A DNA stretch of 61,775 bases, filler included, from Choristocarpus tenellus KU-1152 (GCA_964200185.2; 11 parts of 11 records of this genome joined end to end with filler, not necessarily neighbours in it), one strand, 5' to 3'; positions 43,092 through 56,169 are shown, counted from the first letter of the whole stretch. A program made the numbers and translations. Notes: generated by a model from the letters alone, not told the origin.

Positions 43092-46000
43092 TATCACCTT
43101 TATCCTCTTTGATGATTTTGGGGATACTTCAACACGAGGTTGTTTGAAGGGTCTCATCCGTCCAGTATCTTCTCTCACCCTCTTCTTCCTAATTGACGTC
43201 CTTTTCCCCTTTCCTTTACCCTTCTCGGAAGGCTTGTCCCTCGGGGTTGGGGTAGGATCAGCATGGACGCGGTTCTCACTTTTCCTCACAGTATGGTCGC
43301 AGGTGTACCCTGGCACTTGTGACTCGTCATCACCGCTGCCCACCGAATGGGCGTTTGGGGACATTCCGTGGTCACTCCCGACAGGAGTGGACTCTGAGTC
43401 CGTGCCTTAACGCCCTCCCACGTCCTCCTGTATATGTTCCTCTGGACCTGACAAAGCGTCACAATTGGGTCGGTCTCATCACCTTCAGAGTCTTCTCTCA
43501 ACCTGTTCTTCCGAATAATCGTCCTTTTCCTCTTTCCGTTACCTTTCATGGAAGGCTTGTCCCTCAGTGTAGTGGTTGGATGACCATGGACGTGGTTCTC
43601 ACTTCACCCCACAGTATTGTGGTACGTGTTCCCTGGCACCTTGGACTCGTCACCGCCGCTGCCCACCGAATGGGCGTTTGGGGACATACTTGGGTCACTC
43701 CTGACAGGCGTGGATTCTGAGTCCTTGTCTAGCCGCCCCCTCACGTCCTCCTGTGCAAGTTCCTCTGGACCTGACAAAGCTGTACAAACAGGTCAGTCCC
43801 CATCGCTTTCAGAGACGTGTTCCGAGGGTGTGATTGTATGCCTTCCCCCTTGTAGAGTCCTGATTCCCGTACCTACTGCAGGACTAGGCGATGGGTTATC
43901 TTGTTCCTCTTCATCACCTGGTGGGTTGGGCCTTCCACAAGGTATAGGCGTGGATACACCACCAGCTACCGGTGTCTTCACCAGTGCAAAATTGCGGAAG
44001 GTGGAGAGTTCGTCCATGAGGTTGTCCCCGAGGGCGGTGCATGAGATTACGATGCCTCCTGGTCAGTTCTGGAGAATGGCGACTTCTCTCTCGTGGGTGG
44101 CGCCCGTTTCGGACTTGAACGTTTCAAGGTCTTGCTAGGACGCGGCGTTTTTCTCTGGCGTGATCACAATGTTTGTGACTCGTGTTGTCTCTGTGATGGC
44201 GGAGGAGTAGGCAAAGGACGTGGTGAAGTAGGAGGCAAAACAACGGGAAGAGGTGTTAGCATTAGGAGACAAGGGGTGAGGTAGAGGTTGGTGAGAAGGA
44301 GTACGCAAGGCAGGATACAGAGGAGGAGGCAGGGGCTGAGGAAAAGATGGATGGATTATAGTACGTGCAGCTCGTTAAATTTGGGCGTATTATTCGAGCC
44401 CATAAATCAGGAAGGCAAGTAGGGCTTGTAACATAGAGTGAAGAGGGTGCGTATAGGACTATAGTAAGTGAACCGCGACGTAATTTCCCTTCTTTTGCTG
44501 GGTTCTGTCGATCGGTGCAACACAGCGAAAGTATGAACCAATCTGTTCGATGAGCAACTTCACAACATATAAAAACGGAGAACCCTGTTGCAATGTTCGT
44601 TGTCAAACTGTCCAACGTCGGTAAGATCTGTGAGGGTCAGGTTGTGTGTTTGGTGTAGGGAACGATGTTTGGATGTTAATGTATGGCGATGTTGTACAAT
44701 GATGTAATTGCTTGCCTGTGTGTTCGTCACTTGTGTTGAGGGTAACGCCCTCAGCGTATTTGACGATGTCCAGGTATTTTGTACCCTCCTCCACATCCTC
44801 CCTCAACACGAGGCCCCTTTTCACCTGTGGATTGTATGGGGTTACACTAATGTGCGCGATCAGGGCGTTTATTGTGAGGTGGCTTGATGAACCTCACACT
44901 CCGTTGAGTACCTGCTCGCTGAAGTTGTATTTTTTCTTTGGAGGACCCTCTTCTGAAGACCTTGCTGAGGAGTCATCGGCATAGGGGTCTATCCCGAGTT
45001 CGTCTTTCCTTTTGAGGTCGTTCATCACTTGTATGGCGACCTCAGGATAGCCCTCTTGATGAGGACATTCTTCGTGTGCATACGTCTTATGTATGCCAAT
45101 TGGACTATCCAGGGTTGAGATGCCCACTCCTCCTCCACCTGGGCGGCAGACGCAGGGTCTGGATCGCCGACCCCTGGTCTGTTTCTCTTCCCCTTTCCTC
45201 TTGTCTTCTTTCCTTTGTCCTGGTCGGCCGGGGGCCGTTTGTTTCGGACCCCCTTAGAGTGCGGGAGAACTGTCATGAAGAAGCACATTGGTAGTGGAAT
45301 GGTAAGTCACATTCATGACATGGGTGTCAGTCTCGCGAGGCACAAACTAAACGGTAAACATTGCGGCTGTTGCAGGGTCAGCAGGGGGGTAAATAGATAT
45401 GCATCCACACGTTACTTGAATCGTCACGGTCAAAGATTGACCTACCCATTCCTCTGGAAATGTCTCCGTCCCGACAACATACGTCAAAGAGAGCGCGTCA
45501 GTAGGCAATTTTTTGGCTGCCTGCTCTGAGAAGACGTGCACAGCCACCTCGACAATGTCGCACCATGATGGCCTTGGGGGGTCTCCCCTCAGAGGAAGGC
45601 TAGTCCGGCTCCAGCGAGGACATCAGTGCACACTCTTGCGAAATACTGCTACTTGACCTCGTCTGTGAGCTACATGTACATGAATTGTGCGATGGTGCGT
45701 CGTTAGAAGACCGATAAAGAACGAGCTTTGAGGATGTGGAGGATTTAGGGTCAACAGTGAATCGTAACAGTGAATCAATCAGAGGAGGGTTACCAGGGGA
45801 TGCGTGTAGTGCAGCAGAGCCCTACGGACTTTGGGTTCTTTGGAAACTGATGGCCTTTACCGTTCGACAGAACACATCAATTCCTTCATTACTGTCCGCC
45901 CTATGTCAAGTGTGGCGTCGTGTGGGGATAACATAGTTGGGAATGTTTAACCCACCTTCAACCTGTAGATGTGTGTGAACCCCCCGCTGTTCTTGAGGGA

Positions 46001-47330
46001 TTCGATGGTGGCGTCCGGGTTAGCGCACCATAGCATAGTGAACATGTGAACCGCACTAAAGTCGAATTTGTCCTAGTCAGGTGCGCATTGGGTGTTTGGA
46101 GAATAAGGTGGCATGATCAGGACAGAAGAACGTGGGAGCGGGAGTGGGTCTGTTGGTGAATGGTGCATGTCATAAGGTCGATAGTCATACACGTGTATAA
46201 AACTTCAATTCAAACTCAGTATGCGAAGGCAGGGGTTATTGCAGTGTTGTTGGACCGTTAGTGATGGGGTATTGGATGTACAAATGTGGGGATGACTGCG
46301 CCGTGCTTACAATTGACCTGTCGCGCTTCTTGTGCTCTCTCCACACACCGAGAGGATCTCCTCCAGTCCTTTTGTCTCTGGTGGAACATAATGAGGGGAA
46401 GAAAGGCATCGGGTTAGTTGGATCACCGACGCAGAATCAATATGGATATGGGCCGACGAAAAGTAGGCGATGCTTCATAATCGTTTCCCGAATCGTTTCT
46501 TATGGAAGGAGCCGCGAGAATCTCACCTTCTCCCTCACATATGTACTCAAGGGTGGCAATCGCGTTGAAGAACTGGATGGAGATTTGTTCGGTGGGTCTA
46601 CTCATCCCGGCTTCCATGTGTGTGTCCTCCCAAACTTCTTTGAGGAATGCCTTTATCTTGGCGGCTACCTTCCTCTTAGTAGCTAGCTGTCTGTAACGCG
46701 GCGTTAGCACTCCAGAAGTCTATGTCTCCGAGACAGGACTGGTCGCACCTGGTGACCAATGTCGTCATGCGCGTGCGACGATCGGAGTCCTTTTCAGTTT
46801 CCTGGACGTAGGGATGGGACCTGTCGGAACTGAAGTCGCGCCTATACTCCAGGGTAGCAGCAGCCCAAGACACCATCCAATGGAATATGTCGAGAATGTT
46901 GGGCACATGCGACCTACTGGCCGCCTCACTCTTTCCTATCGAAATGGATTCAGTCTTTTCTTGGCTACAGTGTGGATAGATCTTCCACAAGAAGCTGCTG
47001 TGATGGCCGAGGCCCATTGTGTTGTGATGTGGGCCGGGAGGTTGTGACATGGGACATTGTCCTCCTTCACGACGCATTCGATTGTCCTCAGCACCATTAT
47101 GCGATGTTGTCCATTCAGAAAAAATAAGAGGTCGTCGTCATCGTCTTTATCCCTATCGTCGCCAATATCGTTTACATCCAGTTTGCCATTGGCGATGTAT
47201 TTTTCAAGTAGTTCGCCATCGGGCACACTAGAGGGCACGTTTGCCCTGCACATATCCGCTTTGGAGTTGCTTATTATTTGCCATCTCCAGCAGAGTGAAA
47301 AAGGTTGTCCACTCAGGATCCCCACGAGCC
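43092..47330 (-). pseudogene. Decayed multi-exon gene, probably TE-borne, with a ParB/Srx-like (N)GQHR motif and a tandemly duplicated acidic/basic C-terminal segment
   Basis: LLFFLNGQHRIMVLRTI near 47090-47130; several coding-like blocks with splice sites, stops and frameshifts; a ~330-bp direct duplication (~43160-43460 vs ~43485-43785). Confidence 0.45.
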
Positions 47331-47334
47331 TATC

Positions 47335-47348
47335 GGGTCAAAGTATCT

Positions 47349-47389
<41 letters not shown>

Positions 47390-47431
47390 GGAGGGGGGGG
47401 AGGGAACGGGTCTATTCCCCACCAACCACAA
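47335..47431 (+). mobile_element. MITE family A left end at contig break (similar ends at 20558, 29170, 55129, 59047)
   Basis: gggtcaaagtatctggggg followed by a long G-run. Confidence 0.75.
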
Positions 47432-48884
47432 NNNNNNNNNNNNNNNNNNNNNNNNNNNNNNNNNNNNNNNNNNNNTTAATTAATTAANNNNNNNNNNNNN
47501 NNNNNNNNNNNNNNNNNNNNNNNNNNNNNNNCACACGAAACCATCACAAAAACCCAACATTAAAAAAAAAAAAACCAACAAAAAAAAAACCACACCAATG
47601 GGGGTGGGGGGGGGGGGGGGGGGGGGGGAAGGAGGGAGCAAAGGAGTCAGCCACACACAAAAATAATAGCACAAAGTCAGGCACAGTACGACTTCACAAA
47701 GGCAGTATCATACACACCCTGACCCTAACCCCATTCAACATCACCACACCATTCATTGTGGGACTGATTATGGTCTACAAATCCAGAACCCCTCCTATGC
47801 TTCCTAATCCAAACCTGCGAAGACAACAGAGCAACCCCTAACCCTAAGCACAAACCACAAAAACATGACCTTCAGGCCTTTTGCCCCAACAGTCATAGTA
47901 CTTGAGCCATATGTGGAAAGCAGGCAGTGGGGTCACATATTAATAAAAATCCCTGGTAATAACAGCGAGATCACTTTCTCCACACAGCAAAAAAACAAAA
48001 ACACGAACTTGAAAATGCTCTCACTTTCCCGGAACATCGAGGTATGTCACATGTTACACTTGATGCTCTGCAATCTGCACTATTATGGAACCAATTGCAT
48101 TCAAATCCTTCTCCCCTCACCAAGGAGAGGACATGACTTTAACCTATATATATATATATACAGCAGGTGTTGAAACATTAGTAAACCCCTGAGCTACCGA
48201 GAAGGATTTACTAATGTTTCAACAGCAGGGACCCGGATCCTCTATCTCAGCTACACTACCTTATCTAGGAATGTCCTTACACTGAAGATATCATAACATA
48301 CAACATAAACAACAGGTAGGCTAGAATTCCCAACCAAAGCACTACACATTGCAACATCCCTTACACACTACAAAACCAAACTGCCACAGTAAAGCCTAGC
48401 AAACAGACCCACAACCGTTGATACAATCACAGTTGTACATGCAGTGGCTACACATAGCAACACATGCATCCCGAGTCACCACCCACCTCCTGTGCGCCCT
48501 TTGTCGACTGCTACCTACTTTCCACCAACAAAAAAACAAAAAAAATCAACAGCTGTGCCGTCCAACTTGCTTCAACCTCGAGTTTCTTGTTCCATCTCAC
48601 AGTATTGTATCCCCACAGACGCCCACATTCTCCAGGTGAGGCATCCTGCGCTTTACATTGCTGCAACCATAACCTTTTTTAAAGTGTACTGAAAAACTAT
48701 GAATTTGTATTCTACCCCAGATCTCTACCCCAGATCTCTCGGATTTGAAACGAAATAGCATGGTCAATTATTCACAACCCTGAAGTATTCAATGCAGATG
48801 CATGACTGTGACCTAACTATTTCAGAATATAACTGGAACATACGTTGGCACAAAATACGCCACCCCTCCTTGTACAGAGCTGAC

Positions 48885-49471
48885 CGTTGAGACATTTCTT
48901 CGTACAGCTTGTGCACAGCTTTGTCATCTCTTCCCAGAGTGGCTGCGGTAAGTCTGCAGGGATTTAGAGGTCTGCAGCACCACTTTCAACAAAAATTTCA
49001 CATCATCATCTTCTCACACACGCATCATTCCTCTGAAGTAGAAACTGTTCAGTAAAGCACCTAGGACCATCCCAACTCGATACCTTGGGTGCTTAATCTT
49101 TGGTCACCCAAACTCCAACCCACTTGTCCCCAAAAAGGTGTTCATTCAAGTAGAAACCGCCACCCCACCCCCCAACAAAACATGTGTATATATATCCTTA
49201 GCCAGGGGACAAAATGCAAAAGCTACGCCAACGTACCACAAAAGACATGCCTTGTACATACAAGATCTATCATTTACTATTTATTAACAAGAGTGCTTGC
49301 CGTTTCCTTTCCACATCCAGCTGCTCCAGGCGGTTCTGCAACTCGCCCATGTACCCAAGCATAGCACTCAGGACAGACGACTTGTTGGACTTGACCTGGA
49401 CGCCATTGGCCTCCAGGAGAATTCGCAAGTTTTCGATCTGCTTGGTGATCTTGAAAGATCTATCAACACAC

Positions 49472-49503
<32 letters not shown>

Positions 49504-50832
49504 TAAAAATATGTTTGTTAACACAGACACAAACAAATAAAATGAAACAGTGAACAGGGATTTTACCACGCAGATACATTTAAAATCCTGTTTTCACCCC
49601 CCTCTTCCTCCCCCTTCAAGACATCCTAACACAGAATAATAACCAAGCCAGTGCAATAAAAAAAATATTCAAAACAAAAATACAAGAAAAAAATCACAGC
49701 TGCAGGATTTACTCACATGCCCAAAATGATATAACTATTGATTTCATACTTCGCAAATCAAATCCAGACAACCTACTTGAGTACTTGGAATTGAAAAATA
49801 CAAAAAAAAAATTGCCATAATCTTGCAGATCAGATGGATTCATACTAAGTACCACATCGTCCTATCCCAAGGTGTGCATCATCAAGGTCTCTTAGTCGTA
49901 TACGCCAAGAATTACAGCCTTAACACTTAAGAATCCCTCCCAATGATGGAAAATTCAACTCAATTCCCCTTCTAAGTATCTCCCCTCCCCAGTCCCTTCA
50001 ATGATGACAAATGAGGCCAAACATAAAACCTTTCTATGGTCCAGATGCCTGTCTGCCCACCTTTCCCACCTACCTATTCCCCCTCAGCCAGTCAAGTCTG
50101 TAAAATAATCAAAAATGCCTTTACCACAAAAAATATCAACACACAACTCCCACCAGGGCGAAAGTAACTTCCCTTTCCTCTCACCCCCAACCTATAGCCA
50201 CGATCCCATTTGCTCATGTTTGCCTCTTCCATCGTCACCATTTCTGTCTTGCAGCATTCCCCTCACCTTTGCTGCTCCCTCGCGTTCCGATCCTGTCGCT
50301 TCCTGTCCAACATAGGGAGAGTACTGTCAGATCCACACTTCCTCATCCTTCTGCGAGGGCGGCCAAGGCATCCCTTCGCAGCAGCTTTGCTCTCATTACC
50401 ACCTCCTCCTCCACCACCACAATCAACACCCTTTTCTTGACTCTGCTGCCCTTGCCCGTGCTCAGAAGTCTGCTGAGGCAGCCCTGACATCCACCAGCAA
50501 TCACCGCCAGCCACTCCGAAACTTCCTCCCGGTGCCATTGACACTGCACTTGGGGTAACTGTTGAGGTGTCTGCATTATTATTAGGGAACAACAATGTAC
50601 CCTGCTGCATGATCGACTGCTGTTGCTGCTGTTGGATCATAGGAACTGCATTCTGCACAAAGATTTTGCTGTTCATCTGAGATGCAGCAGCAAAGGGGCT
50701 GGGGGTTGCAGAGGTCGAGCAAACAGACGGCATTGAAGGCGGTAGCATCTGCATGGTGTTGGGGACCACCAATGACTGTTGATTGAGCTGCATGCCTGCC
50801 TGTCCCATGTGGAGTGGCATAAGGGTAGACAT
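48885..50832 (-). CDS. bHLH transcription factor, partial (exons 50832-50267, 49459-49301, 48953-~48885)
   Basis: Q-rich N-terminus; basic-HLH RKRQDRNAREQQR|SFKITKQIENLRILLEANGVQVKSNKSSVLSAMLGYMGELQ; phase-consistent splicing. Confidence 0.85.
49473..49504. repeat. (AGT)n microsatellite near the bHLH acceptor
   Basis: Directly visible. Confidence 0.9.
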
Positions 50833-51322
50833 ATCTATTTGACCCCCGAACAGTGAATTGCACCCAACGCCGTCCCTGACACAGCATTTAAGGAGAGCAG
50901 TCACACAGGGCAGCAGCAGCAGGGGGGGGGGGGGGGGGGGGGGGGGGGGAGAAAATCCGACATGGGTGGGGAAGGAAGTGTGCACAAAGCAGGAGCCAAC
51001 CAGAGGGGAAATCCCACNNNNNNNNNNNNNNNNNNNNNNNNNNNNNNNNNNNNNNNNNNNNTTAATTAATTAANNNNNNNNNNNNNNNNNNNNNNNNNNN
51101 NNNNNNNNNNNNNNNNNCAAAATTACATCAAAATTGCAACATTGGATTTTGGCCCCCAAATGGAAGCGGCTCTACCCTCTAAGATAGACTCACCGGCAAG
51201 ATACATAATACTCTTTGATGCCTCAGGATTCAACTTCAAACAGTCCAACTATCCCTAGAAAATTGTTACCTCGTTTCCACTTTCATTCAACCTGCACATT
51301 GACCATACTACTGTCCCTATTC

Positions 51323-51579
51323 GAGTGAAAGTATCTAATAGGGTACGAATTTTGCCCTGTTTGTCCATTTGGAGCTTGACTTCCCACCTATTTCTTAATA
51401 CATTTTCCTAGTCTGAAATGTCTCGTAGTAGGTAAAATGTATACGCTATGGAAAAGCGTGTTCAGAACAAGGATATTGACACTTCCGAACAAACACAAAA
51501 GCCAAAATTACATCAAAATCGACTATTGGATTTTGGTCCCCAAACGGACGTGGCTCTAACCTCTAAGATACTTTGACTC
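51323..51579 (+). mobile_element. MITE family B, intact copy with TSD ATTC (partial copies at 51118-51190 and 51744-51795)
   Basis: attc|gagtgaaagtatctaatagggta ... ctctaagatactttgactc|attc. Confidence 0.9.
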
Positions 51580-53646
51580 ATTCCTCTTCCCCCCTTTCCC
51601 CTTTTTTTTCATGAGGTATATAAATAAAAAAATGTGGCATAGGCTGTATCTGTACACTCATCAATTGACGCATATTAATTTGCAACCCCCCACTCAACTC
51701 AACAATACTGAAGATGCTCGTGGCATTGAAGTGATACATTACTGAGTCAAAATATCAGAAGAGGGTAGAGCCACGTCCATTTGGAGTCCAAAATCCTCAT
51801 GTATTGCCAACTTTACTACCAGGCACACTATGCGTATCTCCCCTTTTCGAATTCTCACCGTTACAAACAAAACTCATTGTTCTTCGTAACCTTTTCCTTT
51901 ATCCACTAATTTTCAATTTAATTCTAGGATGCCAGCTGTTTTGAGGCCATTAACAAACTAACCCTAACCCTAATCCTCCCTACCTTTTTCTTTTTCCCTT
52001 TCCACAATGTCGCCTAGTTTACCAGATTTCTAACATGACGGCAAATCCACACATCGGACAAATCATGATTTAACTCATCTATGCTTCACAACTCAGTAGG
52101 TTTTTTTTTTAATCTTTGCATCTGAAGGTTGAAGGAGTGCTGAGGATGAACAAATCATTTCAGAAATGTTGCAACACAAATCATACACTCAGTACAACCC
52201 AACGTTGAGGAATAATGTAAAATCGCGATTTGTTGATAAAAACCTTGTTGATTTCCATGTACACATGATTTGTACATGTCGCTCACTATTTTATCAACAT
52301 ACATGTACGAATCGTCTCTATTTGTGTATCAGTGATCTGTACCTACCTCGTCTTAATATACAGATCTTAGGTGGTGATATGAGAGGAAAGAACAGTCCTG
52401 TACATATTGTACGTTGATATTTGATAGGAAGGAACAATCATGTGGAGATGCTATGATGCTGTATTTCAATAGGAAAAATACATTTGTAGATCTAATCTAA
52501 ACCTTCTACTACTACTGTAACTACGTACAGTAGTATATTACTTCATTCCCTCGTTCATCTATGATAGAAATATATATACATATCCCCCCCTTCTAAACAC
52601 AATATTGTGGAAACCTTAGTAGGGTCTTGGGATATCTCAGAGGAAAAGCCGTATCTATGTATCACAAGGACCCAATAACTGTTGTGTTTAATGTAAAATA
52701 TACCTCTCTAGAAGTTACTTACTATTTGAATATTAGGTACATTGCAGTTCAAATATTTGTCATACCACCCTAACCCATTCACGAAAATGTAAACAAACAA
52801 CGGTCGCACCGCTCTCCCATATGTGTACAATTTTTTGTATCTATCACTTTCCTACATAGGAAAGATGTACGAACAGTTCCTTCACACAAAATACCTATTC
52901 TAATCCCTTGCCAAAGATTTTACCTTAGTGTTTTGATTTTTCAATATTTTTTCATGTTGTCGGAAGATTAGTCCGCACCACCCTCAATAATAGGGATGGC
53001 TACAAATGATTGGAATCCACCAATGGAAGGATTTAGTCCTAAATCTTTTATTTGTGAGAATGTGTCCCAATGTCCATTTAGATTTCTGATCAGATGAGCA
53101 AAGATTTGTCGAAATTTGATTTGTAGGCGACAAATCGGATTGGACTTATCCGATGTGTACAATTCTGACACTCACAAAAATCAGATTACTTCATAAACCA
53201 TCTATTTGCTTTTCTCGCGAGTTCTGGAGTATTAATTGGCCCTGTGTTAACATTCCATCCATTCTACTCCTCCAATATTGTATCACCACTGGTGACCAAC
53301 TAGTGCGACCAATCTTCGTCACTGGCTTCCAGTGTCCAACCAATACAGCCAATCCCGCGTCCCAGTGACCAACCAGTGCAACCAACCTTCGCCACCAGTT
53401 TCCAGTCACCAACAAATTCGTCCATTTTCCGCGAATCCATCCACCTTCATCCGCAACACTTTCCATCACTTTCAACTACACCACACCACTCAGCACCACT
53501 CCACATTTATCCAAGAACATCCCTTCATCATCCACTCCAATACCATGCCTTTGAACAAGAAGACATCTACCCCGCCCAAACTTGACCTCTCCTTTGCATT
53601 GGTGTCTGTACGTAGTTCACAGTTGCACCTCCTGTCCACCACACGA

Positions 53647-53715
53647 GGGTTAGGATTAGAGTTTTGGGTTAGGGTTGGGATTGGGGTTAGGTTTAAGAAA
53701 AGCTTAAACCCTAAC
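53647..53715. repeat. Degenerate telomere-like (TTAGGG)n patch downstream of the Penelope-like element
   Basis: gggttaggattagagttttgggttagggttgggattggggttaggttt. Confidence 0.7.
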
Positions 53716-54189
53716 AAGAACTTAAACTGAATTACCCACCTATATACACACTAGCTCAAGCCGTTGGGATACTTCAACGTGGTCTTAAACGCGTTTCCCT
53801 CACCTAAACGGTGTGTATAAGGAAAACTGATAAACACACTAACGGTCAGCCAAAATCGCAATAGTATTTGATTTATAAAACCTGCGAAGCGGTACACTAA
53901 AATTTAAGATGTCTATATTTGATATTTTAAATTGTCAATTAGTATAAACTATGTGTAGTTGTGTGTATTATATACAATGTCACCGTGTAATACCATTAAA
54001 TACCTCTATCTCTTTTGAGCAGTAGTGTAAAAATTGTAAGACACTTACAAAGGCAGTTTAGCCCGCACTAATTGTTTACCTCAAGAGTCAGATTGTCTGA
54101 AAGAGATAAGGGGGAGTATACCCTTACCTTCGTCAACTATCTCCTCATCCGTGATTAAGAGCGGGAGTTGATATAAGCGTCAAGTGAGT

Positions 54190-55125
54190 CACTTCTTAAA
54201 GTATGGGATGTCCCACATGGGATGGTATGTTAATACACAAATAGTATTTTTTATTAGTATATAATAGTGGACGTGGGATCCTCTCTGGGTGCTGTCGGTT
54301 AGAATTGCTCTGCTCGTTGAGCAGAATTGATCCGCTTGAAGCATTGGAGAAGGAACCAAGGTGGGTAGCCCCTATTTCTGAGTCTGAAGTAGAATTTGTT
54401 TCTAAAATTCAAGGTAGGCTTCCTTATCAGAACAGGTAAGTACATATCGAAGGAGTTCACCAGTGATGAATCCTTTTTTCGAATGTATGGGGTGGCTAGA
54501 CTGGTACAGTAAATGCGTGTAATCATAATGCACCATTTGATGTGTTTTAAGGTCCAGGCGGTTGTGGCCGCACCATCATTTACCTTGTATATAACCACAT
54601 CTAAGAAGTCAAACGAGGGTTTGGAGATAGCTGATGTGGTTTTAAGCCCACGGTCAGCATATAGTCCTGTAAACGTATCTTGGGCTTGTTCCTCAGTACC
54701 CTCATAGAAAACAAAAATGTCGTCTAGATATCTTCCTAAGCAGAACAATGTTTGGTCTAGTGGACAGAAAGAGACGTTCTGATTCTACCAGAGTAATGTT
54801 TACTAGGTCTGGGGCGGCAGGGCTGCCCATTGCTAATCCTTTGATTTGCATATACATAGTACCGTTGAATTCCACAGAGCAGTTATGCAGAACAAAGTCG
54901 AGTATATGGAGAACAAGGAAAAACATTTGAGGGGGCCAGGGTAGACGGTAGCGTCTACGAATGGAGGTCATTACCCTGTAGAACACTTGTTGGTTGTTAA
55001 GCGGAGAGTAAAGACTAAGAACATCAGCAGTGATGAGAATGTGTGATCTGTTGGGACCAACTTGGGAATCCTCTAGTTCATTGACTAATTGTGCTGAGTC
55101 CCTAAGGATGATATATACTATGGGT
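54190..55125 (-). mobile_element. Penelope-like element reverse transcriptase (frameshifted)
   Basis: ILRDSAQLVNEL, LITADVLSLY, YMQIKGLAMGSPAAPDLVNI, RYLDDIF, FDFLDVVIYK, SSHPIHSKKGFITGELLRY, FYFRLRNRGYP, LTYHP. Confidence 0.9.
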
Positions 55126-55499
55126 TGAGAGTCAAAGTATTTGGGGGGNNNNNNNNNNNNNNNNNNNNNNNNNNNNNNNNNNNNNNNNNNNNTTAATTAA
55201 TTAANNNNNNNNNNNNNNNNNNNNNNNNNNNNNNNNNNNNNNNNNNNNGCAATGTTTTATGGTAGTCTCATGTTTAGGACATTTTATATACATCTGTATA
55301 ATTTTCATTGGTTTCCCCTCTGACACATCTGCAAAATGTCAGAGGGCATAATAATAAAATAATAAAAGTACTATGAAATCGCTACACCATGTAACATACA
55401 TATATTTATTATTATGCTCTCTGACATTTTAAACATATCATACTTAACAAATCAATTATTTTGTATTTGATATGGTTTGATGATGGAAGAAGGCAAGAA

Positions 55500-55790
55500 A
55501 ACACACCCACTACAAAAGTTCTTTTGATCCTGGTAGTTGTAATCTCAACACCCTCCTGGTGGAAAGTTCAGGGCACCTCGACAAGCAAACGGAATGCTTC
55601 CTGGATGAGCTGGCTACACACATGGTAAGGGGGAGAGGATCTGGAAGATATAGCAGGAAAGGAACGGTTAAATCCCGGCTACGCCAGATTGTCTCAGTAA
55701 CTACGCAAGTGGCACTGTCTAGACGTGTCATGCGTTTTATGCTGGAGTCACGAGGGAGATGGGCACGGAGGGGTTTGTTGTATTCTTGGG
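55500..55790 (+). mobile_element. 3' remnant of an RLE-type (CRE-like) non-LTR retrotransposon
   Basis: HYKSSFDPGSCNLNTLLVESSGHLDKQTECFLDELATH...KSRLRQIVSVTTQVALSRRV resembles the (P/T)LxxESxG...LRQxxSV tail of restriction-like endonuclease LINEs. Confidence 0.65.
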
Positions 55791-55907
55791 ATACCTCCCT
55801 AACTCCTCACCCTGGGGTACAGGAATAGGTAGATTGGAGGCACAAAAAGGCAGTGGTACAACATAGATTGTAGTGAAATAATAAATAGATAAGTGGTTTC
55901 CACATTC

Positions 55908-56169
55908 GAGGCAAAGTATCTTAGAGGATAGAGCCACGTCCATTTGGGGGTCAAAATCCAATGTTTCGATTTTGATGTAACCTTGACCATTGCATTTGTT
56001 AGGAAGTATCATTATCCATATTCTAATCACACCTTTTCGTAATGGATACATTTTACCTACTCAAAAACATTTCGGAGTAAGTAAATGTCATTTAAAAAAA
56101 CATGGGAAGCCAAGCCCCAAATAATGGACAAACAGGGCAAAACTCCTACCCTCTAAGACACTTTCACTC
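55908..56169 (-). mobile_element. MITE family B, full-length reverse copy (TSD ATTC/ATTT)
   Basis: attc|gaggcaaagtatcttagagg ... taccctctaagacactttcactc|attt. Confidence 0.85.

Noticed and set aside
53760-53850. Possible hammerhead ribozyme near the PLE (gaaacgcgt on the minus strand)
   Set aside because: No intact CUGANGA core or consistent stems could be assembled by eye.
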